Shown here piece after piece: positions 1 through 8,639 of a DNA stretch of 60,681 nt (its first letter is position 1; each line of letters begins with the position of its first letter). This DNA comes from Patescibacteria group bacterium. GTDB taxonomy: Bacteria; Patescibacteriota; Microgenomatia; UBA8517. The stretch spans positions 149,432 through 210,112 of the forward strand of contig JALHYA010000004.1 of the NCBI GenBank assembly GCA_022868165.1. The letters run 5' to 3'. The notes under the pieces were generated by a model that searched no databases, had not been told where the DNA came from, and saw only the letters and a program-made list of their open reading frames with translations. Both the position numbers and the translations under genes were made by a program.

Positions 1-1146
1 CTTACTTCCCGTCTTGAGAAGGTTTCCAATATGACCAGCGACGAAGCTCAAAAAATCCTCTTGGATGAAATCCAAAAAAAGCTTACCCCCGAAATCGCAA
101 AGAAAATTAGGGCTTCAGAAGAAAAAGTAAAAGAGGAAGCCAACGAAAAAGCACAGGAAATTCTGGTCGATGCGATGAAGCATGGTGTGACTTCTTATGT
201 TGCCGAGTATACGGTTTCAACAGTTACGGTTCCAGACGAGGATGTTAAAGGCAGAATTATTGGGGCAGGCGGAAGAAACATAAGGACTTTCGAAAAAGAA
301 ACCGGGGTAGAAATCGAACTCGACGAAACCAACGAAATTAGACTTTCCTCTTTCGATTCCATTAGGCGCGAAATTGCCAAAAGAGCGCTCGAAAACCTAA
401 TCCGCGACGCCAGAATTCAGCCATCAAGAATTGAGGAAGTCGTTAAGCAAACCAAATCCCAAATGGAAGATGTGCTTTTGGAGGAAGGAAGAAAGATTGC
501 ACAGGAATGTGGAGTGTTTAATCTTCCGGTCGAACTATTAAAACTTATCGGAAGATTTAAGTTTAGAACTTCATATGGTCAGAACTTGGGAATTCATACA
601 ATCGAGGAAACAAAAATCGGCGTTGCAATTTCCAATGAGGTTGGTGCAAACACGGACATTGTGCGTTTGGGTTGTCTCCTTCATGACATCGGTAAAGTTG
701 TAACAGAACAGGAAGGAACACATGTTGAAGTTGGGGTATCGGCGTTGAAGAAATACGGACTTCCCAAAGAAGTAATTGCAACTGTTGCCGAGCACCATGA
801 AGATAAGCCGTTTTCTTCGGTTGAATCTTCGATAGTTTGGATTGCCGATGCAATTTCCGGCTCCCGTCCGGGTGCCCGATATGAACCCCACGAAGAATAC
901 ATCAAAAGGATGACGAAGATCGAGGAGATTGCCCAGGGATTTCCCGGGGTCGAATCCGTAATGGCATTTCAAGCCGGAAGAGACGTAAGGGTTGTGGTTA
1001 AGCCGGACGAAGTTGACGATGACAAATTAACAGTATTGGCCCATGATATTGCCCAAAGACTTGAAAAAGAAGCAGAATATGCGGGACAAATTAAAGTGAC
1101 CGCGATACGCGAGGTTAGGGCATCCGATACCACAAAAGCAAAGTAG
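1..1146 (+). CDS. rny: Ribonuclease Y, 5' end cut by window edge
   Basis: KH-domain signature GRIIGAGGRNIRTFE followed by HD domain (LLHDIGK ... EHHE). Frame 1 is open from nt 1, upstream of the first Met at 31. Confidence 0.9.
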   Translation, partial: LTSRLEKVSNMTSDEAQKILLDEIQKKLTPEIAKKIRASEEKVKEEANEKAQEILVDAMKHGVTSYVAEYTVSTVTVPDEDVKGRIIGAGGRNIRTFEKETGVEIELDETNEIRLSSFDSIRREIAKRALENLIRDARIQPSRIEEVVKQTKSQMEDVLLEEGRKIAQECGVFNLPVELLKLIGRFKFRTSYGQNLGIHTIEETKIGVAISNEVGANTDIVRLGCLLHDIGKVVTEQEGTHVEVGVSALKKYGLPKEVIATVAEHHEDKPFSSVESSIVWIADAISGSRPGARYEPHEEYIKRMTKIEEIAQGFPGVESVMAFQAGRDVRVVVKPDEVDDDKLTVLAHDIAQRLEKEAEYAGQIKVTAIREVRASDTTKAK

Positions 1147-1150
1147 TTTA

Positions 1151-2002
1151 ATGAAAATATTACTTCCTGTCATCCTAACTCTCATAGGAATAGTAGTAAT
1201 TATTAATACTTTCGCTACACTTATCGGCAAGTTTCAGGCACCATCAAAAATCACCAAACATTTTTCTCCATCTCCTAGACCGACACCAACTTCCACCCCC
1301 AGGCCATTAACTTTTGCCGAAATGAACGCCCTATATGGTCCATGCGTTTTCTTGCCAACCCTTTTTTATCACCACATCCAAAGTCCGGAAGCCGCAAAAC
1401 AAAATAAACAAACGGCTCTTACGATTGACACGGATTTCTTTCGAAATCAAATGAAGTACTTAAAGGAAAAGGGTTATCATACGGTTTCTATGAATGACTT
1501 GACCAGCTTTTTTGACAACGGAATACCTATTTCATCCGGAAGCATACTTTTGACCTTTGACGATGCGTACGCGGATTTCGCCTCGGATGCTGTTCCAATC
1601 TTAAGAGAGTTTGGTTTCAAAGCAACTCTTTTCGTTCCAACCGGCCTAGTCAACAACCCAGGCTATTTAACGTGGGATACAATTTCCTCTTTGATGCCGG
1701 GGGGAGATATTCTTTTTGCCAATCACACCTGGTCTCATCATAACTTGCTCGCGGCGGAAAACGTTATAGAAAAAGAAATTTCCACAGCAGACACGCAACT
1801 GGCGGAAAAAGGACTAAACAGTCCTAAAGTTTTCGCATATCCTTATGGTCTCTCAAGCGCACCGGCTGAAACATTTCTTACAAAATTGGGTTATAAATTG
1901 GCGTTTACTACGGTCCCGGGTTCTACTCTTTGCAAAAAATTAAGGTTTGATTTGCCAAGAGTAAGAATAGGAAATGCCGATTTGTCCGCCTATGGTTTTT
2001 GA
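1151..2002 (+). CDS. Membrane-anchored polysaccharide deacetylase (NodB homology domain)
   Basis: N-terminal TM helix, Pro/Thr linker, NodB-type motifs LLTFDDAYADF and HTWSHH. Confidence 0.8.
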   Translation: MKILLPVILTLIGIVVIINTFATLIGKFQAPSKITKHFSPSPRPTPTSTPRPLTFAEMNALYGPCVFLPTLFYHHIQSPEAAKQNKQTALTIDTDFFRNQMKYLKEKGYHTVSMNDLTSFFDNGIPISSGSILLTFDDAYADFASDAVPILREFGFKATLFVPTGLVNNPGYLTWDTISSLMPGGDILFANHTWSHHNLLAAENVIEKEISTADTQLAEKGLNSPKVFAYPYGLSSAPAETFLTKLGYKLAFTTVPGSTLCKKLRFDLPRVRIGNADLSAYGF

Positions 2003-2010
2003 CCAAAAAC

Positions 2011-2039
2011 TTGACATTTTTGACTGGTTACACTATTCT
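2011..2039 (+). promoter_or_regulatory. Sigma70-like promoter for hup (TTGACA-N17-TATTCT)
   Basis: TTGACA at 2011-2016, 17-nt spacer, TATTCT at 2034-2039, 11 nt before the hup ATG region. Confidence 0.45.
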
Positions 2040-2050
2040 TTTGGGCTAGA

Positions 2051-2326
2051 ATGACTAAGCGAGAACTTTTGGAACAAGTTGCACGAAAAGCTCACCTCAC
2101 AAAGAGGGCAGCAAAAGAAGCAGTAGAGGTATTTTTAGCAGAGATTGGCAGGACTCTTTCAAAAGGCGAAAAGGTTGTTCTTTCGGGATTCGGCACGTTT
2201 AGGGTTATTTCAATGAAAGGCAAGACCGTTAAGATCCCCGGAACGGAAAAGTTGGTTACAATCAAAGCGCATCGCTCCCCCCGTTTTACTCCAGGAAAGA
2301 AGTTCAAAAGACAAGTAGTGAGATAA
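2051..2326 (+). CDS. hup: HU family DNA-binding protein
   Basis: 91 aa. Typical HU pattern: MTKRELLEQVA..., GFGTF, and the beta-arm RSPRFTPGKKFK. Confidence 0.9.
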   Translation: MTKRELLEQVARKAHLTKRAAKEAVEVFLAEIGRTLSKGEKVVLSGFGTFRVISMKGKTVKIPGTEKLVTIKAHRSPRFTPGKKFKRQVVR

Positions 2327-2356
2327 TTTTCAATTCCTGAATGTTATACTTGGCTT

Positions 2357-3334
2357 GTGGATAAGGCCATAATAGTAAATCATTTGGTGAAAAACTTCGA
2401 AGTAACCGAGAAGAAACCTGGTCTTTTTGGCTCCTTCAAAAGTTTGATTTCTCCTTCCAGAAAAACGGTTCGTGCACTTAAAAATATTTCTTTTATGGTT
2501 CAACCCGGAGAGTTGGTTGGATTTATCGGTCCCAATGGGGCAGGAAAAACGACTACTCTAAAAATTCTTTCCGGTCTTCTTTATCCGACGAGCGGTTTTA
2601 CCCAAGTTTTAGACTTCGATCCATGGGAGAAAAATCCGGAATTTTTAAAACAAATTTCCTTAGTGATGGGCCAAAAAAATCAGCTATGGTGGGATCTTCC
2701 CGCAATCGAAACATTCGAATTAAACCGCGCAATCTATGATATTCCAAAAAAGGAATATGAAGATTCTATTAATGAACTGGTTGAACTTCTGGACGTGGGC
2801 AAAATTCTTAATATTCAGGTCAGAAGACTTTCTCTAGGTCAAAGAATGAGGTTGGAGCTTGTTGCGGCTCTACTTCATAAACCCAAAATACTTTTTCTTG
2901 ACGAACCGACGATTGGACTCGACCTTATCGGACAACAAAAAGTTCGAGACTTTATTTATGAATACAACAGAAAAAATGAGGCAACGATTCTTCTTTCTTC
3001 TCATAACATGGATGACCTTATCGACTTGGCAAGAAGGGTAATAGTGATTAACGAGGGAAAAATTATTTTCGACGGCGCACTGGAAGAACTGGTCAAAAGA
3101 TTCGCGAAGGAAAAAATTATCAAAGTTTCGTTGTCTCACGAAATTGATATCAAACTTCTCGAGAAAATCGGCTCTATTAAGAAAATTTCTTTCCCGCAGG
3201 TTACCTTTTCTGTTCCAAGGGCAACTGCAGCGGTCGCGGCGGCGGAAGTTTTGCAGAATTTTCCGATAGAAGATTTGACGATAGAAGAGGTTCCGATTGA
3301 AGAGGTAATAAGAAGAGTTTTCGGTTCTAAATGA
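2357..3334 (+). CDS. ABC transporter ATP-binding protein (ABC-2 type system)
   Basis: GTG start. Walker A GPNGAGKTT, signature LSLGQRMR, Walker B ILFLDEPT. Confidence 0.9.
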   Translation: MDKAIIVNHLVKNFEVTEKKPGLFGSFKSLISPSRKTVRALKNISFMVQPGELVGFIGPNGAGKTTTLKILSGLLYPTSGFTQVLDFDPWEKNPEFLKQISLVMGQKNQLWWDLPAIETFELNRAIYDIPKKEYEDSINELVELLDVGKILNIQVRRLSLGQRMRLELVAALLHKPKILFLDEPTIGLDLIGQQKVRDFIYEYNRKNEATILLSSHNMDDLIDLARRVIVINEGKIIFDGALEELVKRFAKEKIIKVSLSHEIDIKLLEKIGSIKKISFPQVTFSVPRATAAVAAAEVLQNFPIEDLTIEEVPIEEVIRRVFGSK

Positions 3335-4134
3335 AAAAATACCTCTCCGTTTTTAAAATTTCCTTCCAGCAGGAATTTGTCTACCGCCTGAATTTTATAA
3401 TGTGGCGAGTGAGAAATGTTCTTCAAATTTTTCTTATTTTTTTCCTTTGGAATGCCGTTTTTAGTCAGCCGGGGGCGATTGTCTTTGGTTATGACAGAGC
3501 AAAAATTCTTACATACGTGTTTGGAATTCTGGTTCTGCGGGCAATAGTTTTTTCGGCAAGAACGGTTGATGTTTCCGGAGAAATATCCAGCGGCGATCTG
3601 ACCAATTATCTCTTAAAACCCGTAAGCTATTTCAAATACTGGTTTACCAGAGACCTTTCAAGTAAAGTGCTTAATTTGGGATTTGCGACAGTGGAGACAA
3701 CCATACTTTTTTTGATACTTAAGCCTGTTTTCTTTTTACAAACTAACCCCACCCTAGTACTGGCGTTTGTGATTTCGATTTTTCTGGCGGTTTTTTTGTA
3801 TTTCCACATTCTTTTTGTTGTTAATCTTGTAGCATTTTGGACGCCCGAGTCCGGTTGGGCTTTCCAGTTTCTCTTCATGGTAATAATTGCCGAGTTTCTT
3901 TCTGGAGGAATATTCCCCTTGGATATCTTGCCGTTGGCCTTTCAAAAAGCAATTTATCTTTTGCCTTTTCCTTATGTGTTGTTTTTTCCTTTACAGGTCT
4001 ATTTGGGTAAGATTGCAACCAGCGCGATTCTCGTGGGATTAATTACCTCAGGCCTTTGGCTTGTTATCTTGAACTTGATACTTAGGTACTTATGGAATAA
4101 GGGATTGCGCCGCTATGAGGCCGTAGGAAGGTGA
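3331..4134 (+). CDS. ABC-2 family transporter permease
   Basis: Polytopic hydrophobic protein. ATGA overlap with the upstream ATPase gene. Confidence 0.7.
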   Translation: MKKYLSVFKISFQQEFVYRLNFIMWRVRNVLQIFLIFFLWNAVFSQPGAIVFGYDRAKILTYVFGILVLRAIVFSARTVDVSGEISSGDLTNYLLKPVSYFKYWFTRDLSSKVLNLGFATVETTILFLILKPVFFLQTNPTLVLAFVISIFLAVFLYFHILFVVNLVAFWTPESGWAFQFLFMVIIAEFLSGGIFPLDILPLAFQKAIYLLPFPYVLFFPLQVYLGKIATSAILVGLITSGLWLVILNLILRYLWNKGLRRYEAVGR

Positions 4135-4919
4135 AAAAACTAATAAAATATTTCAGGATTTGGTGGTTGATGAGCCGCAATTCCTTTATGAATGTTTTGT
4201 TTCAAAGGATGGCGTTTATGATTTTTTTGGTAGGAAAAGTTTTAAGGTTTTTGATGTTTTTCGGATTTCTCTTTTTTCTTTTGAAAGGCACAAAAAATCT
4301 TGCCGGCTACAATTTAAACCAGACAATATTTTTCTTCCTTACTTTCAATTTTGTCGATGTGGTTGCCCAATTTCTTTTCCGAGAGGTTTACAGGTTTCGC
4401 CCGCTGGTAGTCAATGGCGGGTTTGATTTGGTTCTTACAAAACCGATGAGTGCGCTTTTTAGGGTTCTTATGGGGGGAGCGGACGTAATTGACCTTGCTA
4501 CAATTCCTCCGCTTATTTTTGCAATTTATTGGGTCGGAAACTTACTTCATCCGACACCCTTGCAGCTGGTATTATTTTTATTCCTACTGGTTAACGGACT
4601 TCTTATAGCAACAGCCTTCCATATCGCAGTATTGGGGTTCGGAATAATTACTCTAGAAATAGACCATACAATTATGATTTACAGAGATTTAAGCTCCTTG
4701 GGCCGCTTGCCCATTGATATCTATAAGGAACCCCTTAAGTCCGTCCTTACCTTTTTGGTTCCTGTTGGGATTATGGTAACTTTACCTGCCAAAGCCTTAA
4801 TGGGTTTAGTAAGCCCCTTGGGGGCTTTAGCCTCTTCGCTTATCGGAATTTTGGGAATAATTCTCGCTGTTAGATTTTGGAAGTTTGCTTTAACAAAATA
4901 TGCCAGTGCTTCCAGCTAA
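4131..4919 (+). CDS. ABC-2 family transporter permease (second subunit)
   Basis: Polytopic hydrophobic protein, 4-nt overlap with the previous permease. Confidence 0.7.
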   Translation: MKKLIKYFRIWWLMSRNSFMNVLFQRMAFMIFLVGKVLRFLMFFGFLFFLLKGTKNLAGYNLNQTIFFFLTFNFVDVVAQFLFREVYRFRPLVVNGGFDLVLTKPMSALFRVLMGGADVIDLATIPPLIFAIYWVGNLLHPTPLQLVLFLFLLVNGLLIATAFHIAVLGFGIITLEIDHTIMIYRDLSSLGRLPIDIYKEPLKSVLTFLVPVGIMVTLPAKALMGLVSPLGALASSLIGILGIILAVRFWKFALTKYASASS

Positions 4920-5838
4920 AAAAATTAAAAGTCTTCTCGTAATCTGCGGGCCGACCGCCACGGGTAAAACTTCTCTGGCTCTAAAACTGGTCCGGAAATT
5001 CAACGGCGAGATAATATCGGCAGATTCAAGACAGATATATAAGGGTTTTGACATAGGGACGGGTAAAGATTTGCCTCAGATACCGAAATCGGCAAAGGTA
5101 TGGGGCTATGATCTGGTTGGGTCAAAGGAGGAATTCAGTGTTTCAAAATATATAGCCTTCGCCCAAAAAGTACTGGCCGGTATTTGGTTAAAAGGAAAAT
5201 TACCAATTTTGGTTGGGGGAACGGGCCTTTATATTAAAGCTGTCGTAGACGGGATTCCGACGGCCTTTATCCCCAAAAACTTCGAGCTTAGGGAAAACCT
5301 GAAGGATAAAAGCACGGACGAGCTTTTTGAAAGTCTGGCTCAGCTCGACTCGGTGAGGGCAGCCTCAATGAATGCATCGGATAAAAAAAATCCCCGAAGG
5401 TTGGTTCGTGCGATAGAGATTGCCCAATGGAGGCTTTCCGGCGTTGAGCCGAAAAGAAAGGTTGTAAAGCCGGATTCCGTGCTTTTCATTGGTCTTAATG
5501 CTCCGCGCGAGAAGCTTTTTAAGGTTATAAGAGAAAGAGTCGAAAAACGTCTTAGGGAAGGCTTGGTAGGGGAAGTCAAGAATTTGCTCAAATCTGGAGT
5601 TTCTTGGGAGGACCAGGCGATGACCTCGCTGGGTTATAGGCAATGGAGAGGTTATTTTGAAGGAAAAGAAACCCTTCCCGAAGCCACTAAAAACTGGTTG
5701 CGCGAGGAGCAAAAATATGCCAAAAGACAGATGGCCTGGTTTAAAAGGGACAAAAGAATAACTTGGTTTGACATCACGGATAAGGCATTTGACGAAAAGG
5801 TGGAAAAATTGGTCAAAAGATGGTATAACATTCGGTAA
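4900..5838 (+). CDS. miaA: tRNA dimethylallyltransferase
   Basis: P-loop ICGPTATGKTSLAL, then SADSRQIYKGFDIGTGK and LVGGTGLY motifs. Confidence 0.9.
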   Translation: MPVLPAKKIKSLLVICGPTATGKTSLALKLVRKFNGEIISADSRQIYKGFDIGTGKDLPQIPKSAKVWGYDLVGSKEEFSVSKYIAFAQKVLAGIWLKGKLPILVGGTGLYIKAVVDGIPTAFIPKNFELRENLKDKSTDELFESLAQLDSVRAASMNASDKKNPRRLVRAIEIAQWRLSGVEPKRKVVKPDSVLFIGLNAPREKLFKVIRERVEKRLREGLVGEVKNLLKSGVSWEDQAMTSLGYRQWRGYFEGKETLPEATKNWLREEQKYAKRQMAWFKRDKRITWFDITDKAFDEKVEKLVKRWYNIR

Positions 5839-5843
5839 GGAAT

Positions 5844-6827
5844 ATGATTCAGAAAGTTGAAATTTCCCACAAAACCGTTATCTTTACGGTTCTATTTTTG
5901 CTTTTGTTGTGGTTTCTCTATTTCATCAGGGACATAATCTTGGGGCTTTTCGTCGCTCTTTTGATTATGGCAATCCTAAATCCGATTGTTTCAAAACTCT
6001 ACAAATTTAAGATTCCAAGAGGTTTTTCCGTATTGGTTGTATATATAGCCGTTTTGGGAATATTTGGGCTTGTAATAGCAGCCGTAGTTCCCCCGCTTGT
6101 TGAGCAAACATCAAGCTTGGTCTCAAAACTACCGATATATATTTCCACATTGGGAATTGATAGGGTAGTGAGCAGGGAAATATCCGCCCAGTTTCTTTCG
6201 CAAATAGGAAGTCTGCCCGGGCAGGCGGTTAAAATCGGATTTTCAATTTTCTCCAATATTTTAGGCGTTATAACCGTATTAATTTTCGCTTTCTACCTTC
6301 TTTTGGTTAGGGATAAGATAGATGACCAGCTAGTTTTTCTTTTCGGCGAGAATAAAAAAGAGAAAGTCGGAAAGACGATAGATATGTTGGAAAGCCGCCT
6401 TGGAGGCTGGGCAAGGGCTGAGTTGGCCCTGATGTTGGTTATTGGTGTAGCCAGTTTTCTGGGACTTACTATCTTGGGTATTCCTTACGCGCTCCCTTTG
6501 GCAATCTTGGCCGGGCTTTTAGAGATTGTTCCTTATTTTGGCCCGATAATTTCGGCAATACCGGCAGTTATTATCGGACTCAGCATTTCGCCCTTAATGG
6601 GATTGGCAACCGTAGCTTTAGCTTTGCTTATTCACCAGAGTGAAAATTATCTTTTTACTCCAAAAATAATGGAGAAGTCTGTTGGTGTAAATCCGATTAT
6701 TACGCTTCTTGCACTTTCCATAGGATTTAGATTGGCAGGTATGGCGGGAGCTGTAATTTCCGTTCCGGTAGTCCTTACTATACACGTTCTCGCAAGCCAG
6801 TACATTCCTTCTAAGACAACTTCCTAA
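5844..6827 (+). CDS. AI-2E family transporter (PerM/UPF0118)
   Basis: About 8 TM segments. Conserved C-terminal LLEIVPYFGPIISAIP-type motif. Confidence 0.85.
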   Translation: MIQKVEISHKTVIFTVLFLLLLWFLYFIRDIILGLFVALLIMAILNPIVSKLYKFKIPRGFSVLVVYIAVLGIFGLVIAAVVPPLVEQTSSLVSKLPIYISTLGIDRVVSREISAQFLSQIGSLPGQAVKIGFSIFSNILGVITVLIFAFYLLLVRDKIDDQLVFLFGENKKEKVGKTIDMLESRLGGWARAELALMLVIGVASFLGLTILGIPYALPLAILAGLLEIVPYFGPIISAIPAVIIGLSISPLMGLATVALALLIHQSENYLFTPKIMEKSVGVNPIITLLALSIGFRLAGMAGAVISVPVVLTIHVLASQYIPSKTTS

Positions 6828-6833
6828 ACCATC

Positions 6834-6860
6834 AAAAAACCCCTCCGTGCGGGGTTTTTT
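6834..6860. terminator. Rho-independent terminator (A-run / CCCC-loop-GGGG / T-run), potentially bidirectional
   Basis: aaaaaaCCCCtccgtgcGGGGtttttt, 7 nt after the transporter stop codon. Confidence 0.7.
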
Positions 6861-6908
6861 GTACTCTGGAGGCTAGTAGTCGCTTCGCTTCTAGCTCCCC
6901 TCCATCAC

Positions 6909-6935
6909 AAAAAATACCCGTTTTTCAACGGGTAC
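6909..6935 (-). terminator. Rho-independent terminator of RNase P RNA
   Basis: Minus strand reads TACCCG-ttgaaaaa-CGGGTA followed by TTTTTT, directly after the rnpB 3' end. Confidence 0.7.
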
Positions 6936-6941
6936 TTTTTG

Positions 6942-7237
6942 CTCTGGAGGCTAGTAAGCCAGGTTCTGTTATTAGACGATAATCTATCTTTGCCCTCAAA
7001 CCTTGGGGCTCGGGAAAGCTACCTCAAACGCCCCTTTCGGAGGTTGCAGCGGGGAGGATTGCCCCTTTTCACTCGTTTCCCTTGACCTTTAAAGTCTCGG
7101 GACCGACATAGTCTCTGTGGCTCTGTACTAGCGCTTGCGCGTACCGCCTTACGGCGGCCACCCTGCTTTCTGCTGCCTGGACTTTCCTCCCGCCTAAATA
7201 TGAAATTTTTGGCGGGTAATCGTCCTTCCTCCAGAGT
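6942..7237 (-). ncRNA. rnpB: RNase P RNA, bacterial type A-like, compact (about 296 nt)
   Basis: Minus strand has the universally conserved P4 strands GGAGGAAAGTCCAGGC (5') and AACAGAACCTGGCTTAC (3'). P1 is formed by CTCTGGAGG / CCTCCAGAG. Confidence 0.85.
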
Positions 7238-7243
7238 GAGGGT

Positions 7244-7272
7244 AGTATAGCAAAAAAGGCGTCTTTTTTCAA
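7244..7272 (-). promoter_or_regulatory. Consensus-like promoter of rnpB (TTGAAA-N17-TATACT)
   Basis: -35 at 7272-7267 and -10 at 7249-7244 on the minus strand. P1 begins about 7 nt downstream. Confidence 0.6.
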
Positions 7273-7326
7273 TTTACCGAAGGTAATTGACTTGATAATA
7301 AATTAAAGGCAAAATGGGGGAGATAT

Positions 7327-7770
7327 ATGGCTAAAGGTTTGGGATTTGCCCTCATTGGTTTTCTAATCGTAATAGTTGGAATAGGAGCTTTTTTGGCGGG
7401 GAAAAAAGGAATCTCTATAAAAGTTTCAACTCCTTCGACCTCAAGCCCGTCTGGCACCCTTTCTACCCCGACACTGGAAGATGAAACAGAGTTTATTAAA
7501 CAGGCGGTATACAAAAAATTGAATTCCGATGAAACAAAATTGGTAGTCACTATCAGTAAAATACAAGGCAACTATGCAAAAGGGGGAGTTACTGACGTGG
7601 GTTCGGAGGTCGGAGGGGGATATTTTTTGGCAGCCAAGACCCAAACTGGCTGGGTAGAGGTTTATGACGGTCAGTCCAATCCCACGTGTTCAGAGATAGC
7701 TCCCTATAATTTCCCCACAGACGTAGTTCCGGAGTGTATGGATGCCAATAATAATTTAACAACCAGATAA
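7327..7770 (+). CDS. Hypothetical membrane-anchored protein
   Basis: GGGGGAG RBS upstream, N-terminal TM helix, Ser/Thr/Pro linker. No recognisable domain. Confidence 0.6.
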   Translation: MAKGLGFALIGFLIVIVGIGAFLAGKKGISIKVSTPSTSSPSGTLSTPTLEDETEFIKQAVYKKLNSDETKLVVTISKIQGNYAKGGVTDVGSEVGGGYFLAAKTQTGWVEVYDGQSNPTCSEIAPYNFPTDVVPECMDANNNLTTR

Positions 7771-7774
7771 TCAA

Positions 7775-8164
7775 ATGACAGGATACGTTGGAAAAATTGA
7801 AGAGCTGACTTTAAATAATGCCTATTTTAGGCAGATACTCTTTACCGCTCCACATTCCCAGCTTGTTCTTATGAGCTTAAAACCCGGCGAGGAAATAGGC
7901 TCGGAAGTTCACCCTAATGTTGACCAGTTTTTCAGGTTTGAAAAGGGTCAGGGCAAAGTTGTGCTGAATGGGGAAGAAAGTGCTGTTTCGGACGGGTATG
8001 CGGTGGTTGTTCCTGCAGGAACGGAACACAATGTTGTTAATACGTCACAGACCGAAGAACTAAAACTCTACACTATTTATTCTCCGCCAAACCATCCCGA
8101 CGGAACTATCCATAAAACCAAAGAGGAAGCAGAGGCAGCAGAAGCAGCAAAGACTGCCCACTAA
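7775..8164 (+). CDS. Cupin domain protein
   Basis: 129 aa. Cupin motifs GSEVHPNVDQFF and VVVPAGTEHNVVN. Confidence 0.8.
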   Translation: MTGYVGKIEELTLNNAYFRQILFTAPHSQLVLMSLKPGEEIGSEVHPNVDQFFRFEKGQGKVVLNGEESAVSDGYAVVVPAGTEHNVVNTSQTEELKLYTIYSPPNHPDGTIHKTKEEAEAAEAAKTAH

Positions 8165-8166
8165 AT

Positions 8167-8195
8167 TTGAATTTGAGGTCTTCTTGTAATACAAT
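8167..8195 (+). promoter_or_regulatory. Promoter TTGAAT-N17-TACAAT for the GC-rich orphan ORF
   Basis: Hexamers at 8167-8172 and 8190-8195. The -10 overlaps the inverted repeat CTTGTAAT (8183-8190) / ATTACAGG (8205-8212). Confidence 0.5.
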
Positions 8196-8245
8196 CCATT
8201 CGCCATTACAGGACTAATCGTTCTTACTCATAGAGGAGGAGGAAT

Positions 8246-8539
8246 ATGACCAGCCTAATGGAACTTGTCCGATCTGCCTCAATCAGCGCTCGTGAGCTCA
8301 TTGAGGTCCTGGGAAGCCTTGCTTTCGGTGGCCGAGACTTCGGCTTTGTGGAAGCAAGCCAGGTGATTGCGCTCTTTGACCGTTGCAGTCCGGCCATGAC
8401 AAAGGAGGACTACATCCAAGTCAGAGACAAATGTCGCGAAGGCTCGAGAGGGCTCCAGGGATCCGGCAAGGCCAATGCGGCCAGAGAATATGCCCAAGTG
8501 GCGGATGCCGCGGAGGCCAAGGCCGCAAGAATGCCTTAG
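8246..8539 (+). CDS. Hypothetical 97-aa protein with atypically high GC
   Basis: Strong RBS AGAGGAGGAGG 4 nt upstream of the ATG. Longest ORF in the region. No recognisable domain. Hand-counted GC about 57% versus about 43% next door. Confidence 0.55.
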   Translation: MTSLMELVRSASISARELIEVLGSLAFGGRDFGFVEASQVIALFDRCSPAMTKEDYIQVRDKCREGSRGLQGSGKANAAREYAQVADAAEAKAARMP

Positions 8540-8572
8540 GGCAGAAAAAAAAGGACAGAGCCCACCCGGGGT

Positions 8573-8608
8573 GACTGGTAGACCAGTCTTAAATCTGTCG
8601 TGTTTTTT
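8573..8608 (+). terminator. Terminator-like hairpin GACTGG-taga-CCAGTC with a distal T7 run
   Basis: Stem at 8573-8578 / 8583-8588. The T-run at 8602-8608 is not adjacent to the stem, so this is weak. Confidence 0.35.
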
Positions 8609-8639
8609 TGGCTTGGAAATATGTTAGGCTAAAATTGCC

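Noticed and set aside
7069-7272. 67-aa minus-strand ORF in the six-frame track
   Set aside because: It lies entirely within the RNase P RNA gene and its promoter. The conserved P4 sequences explain the region.
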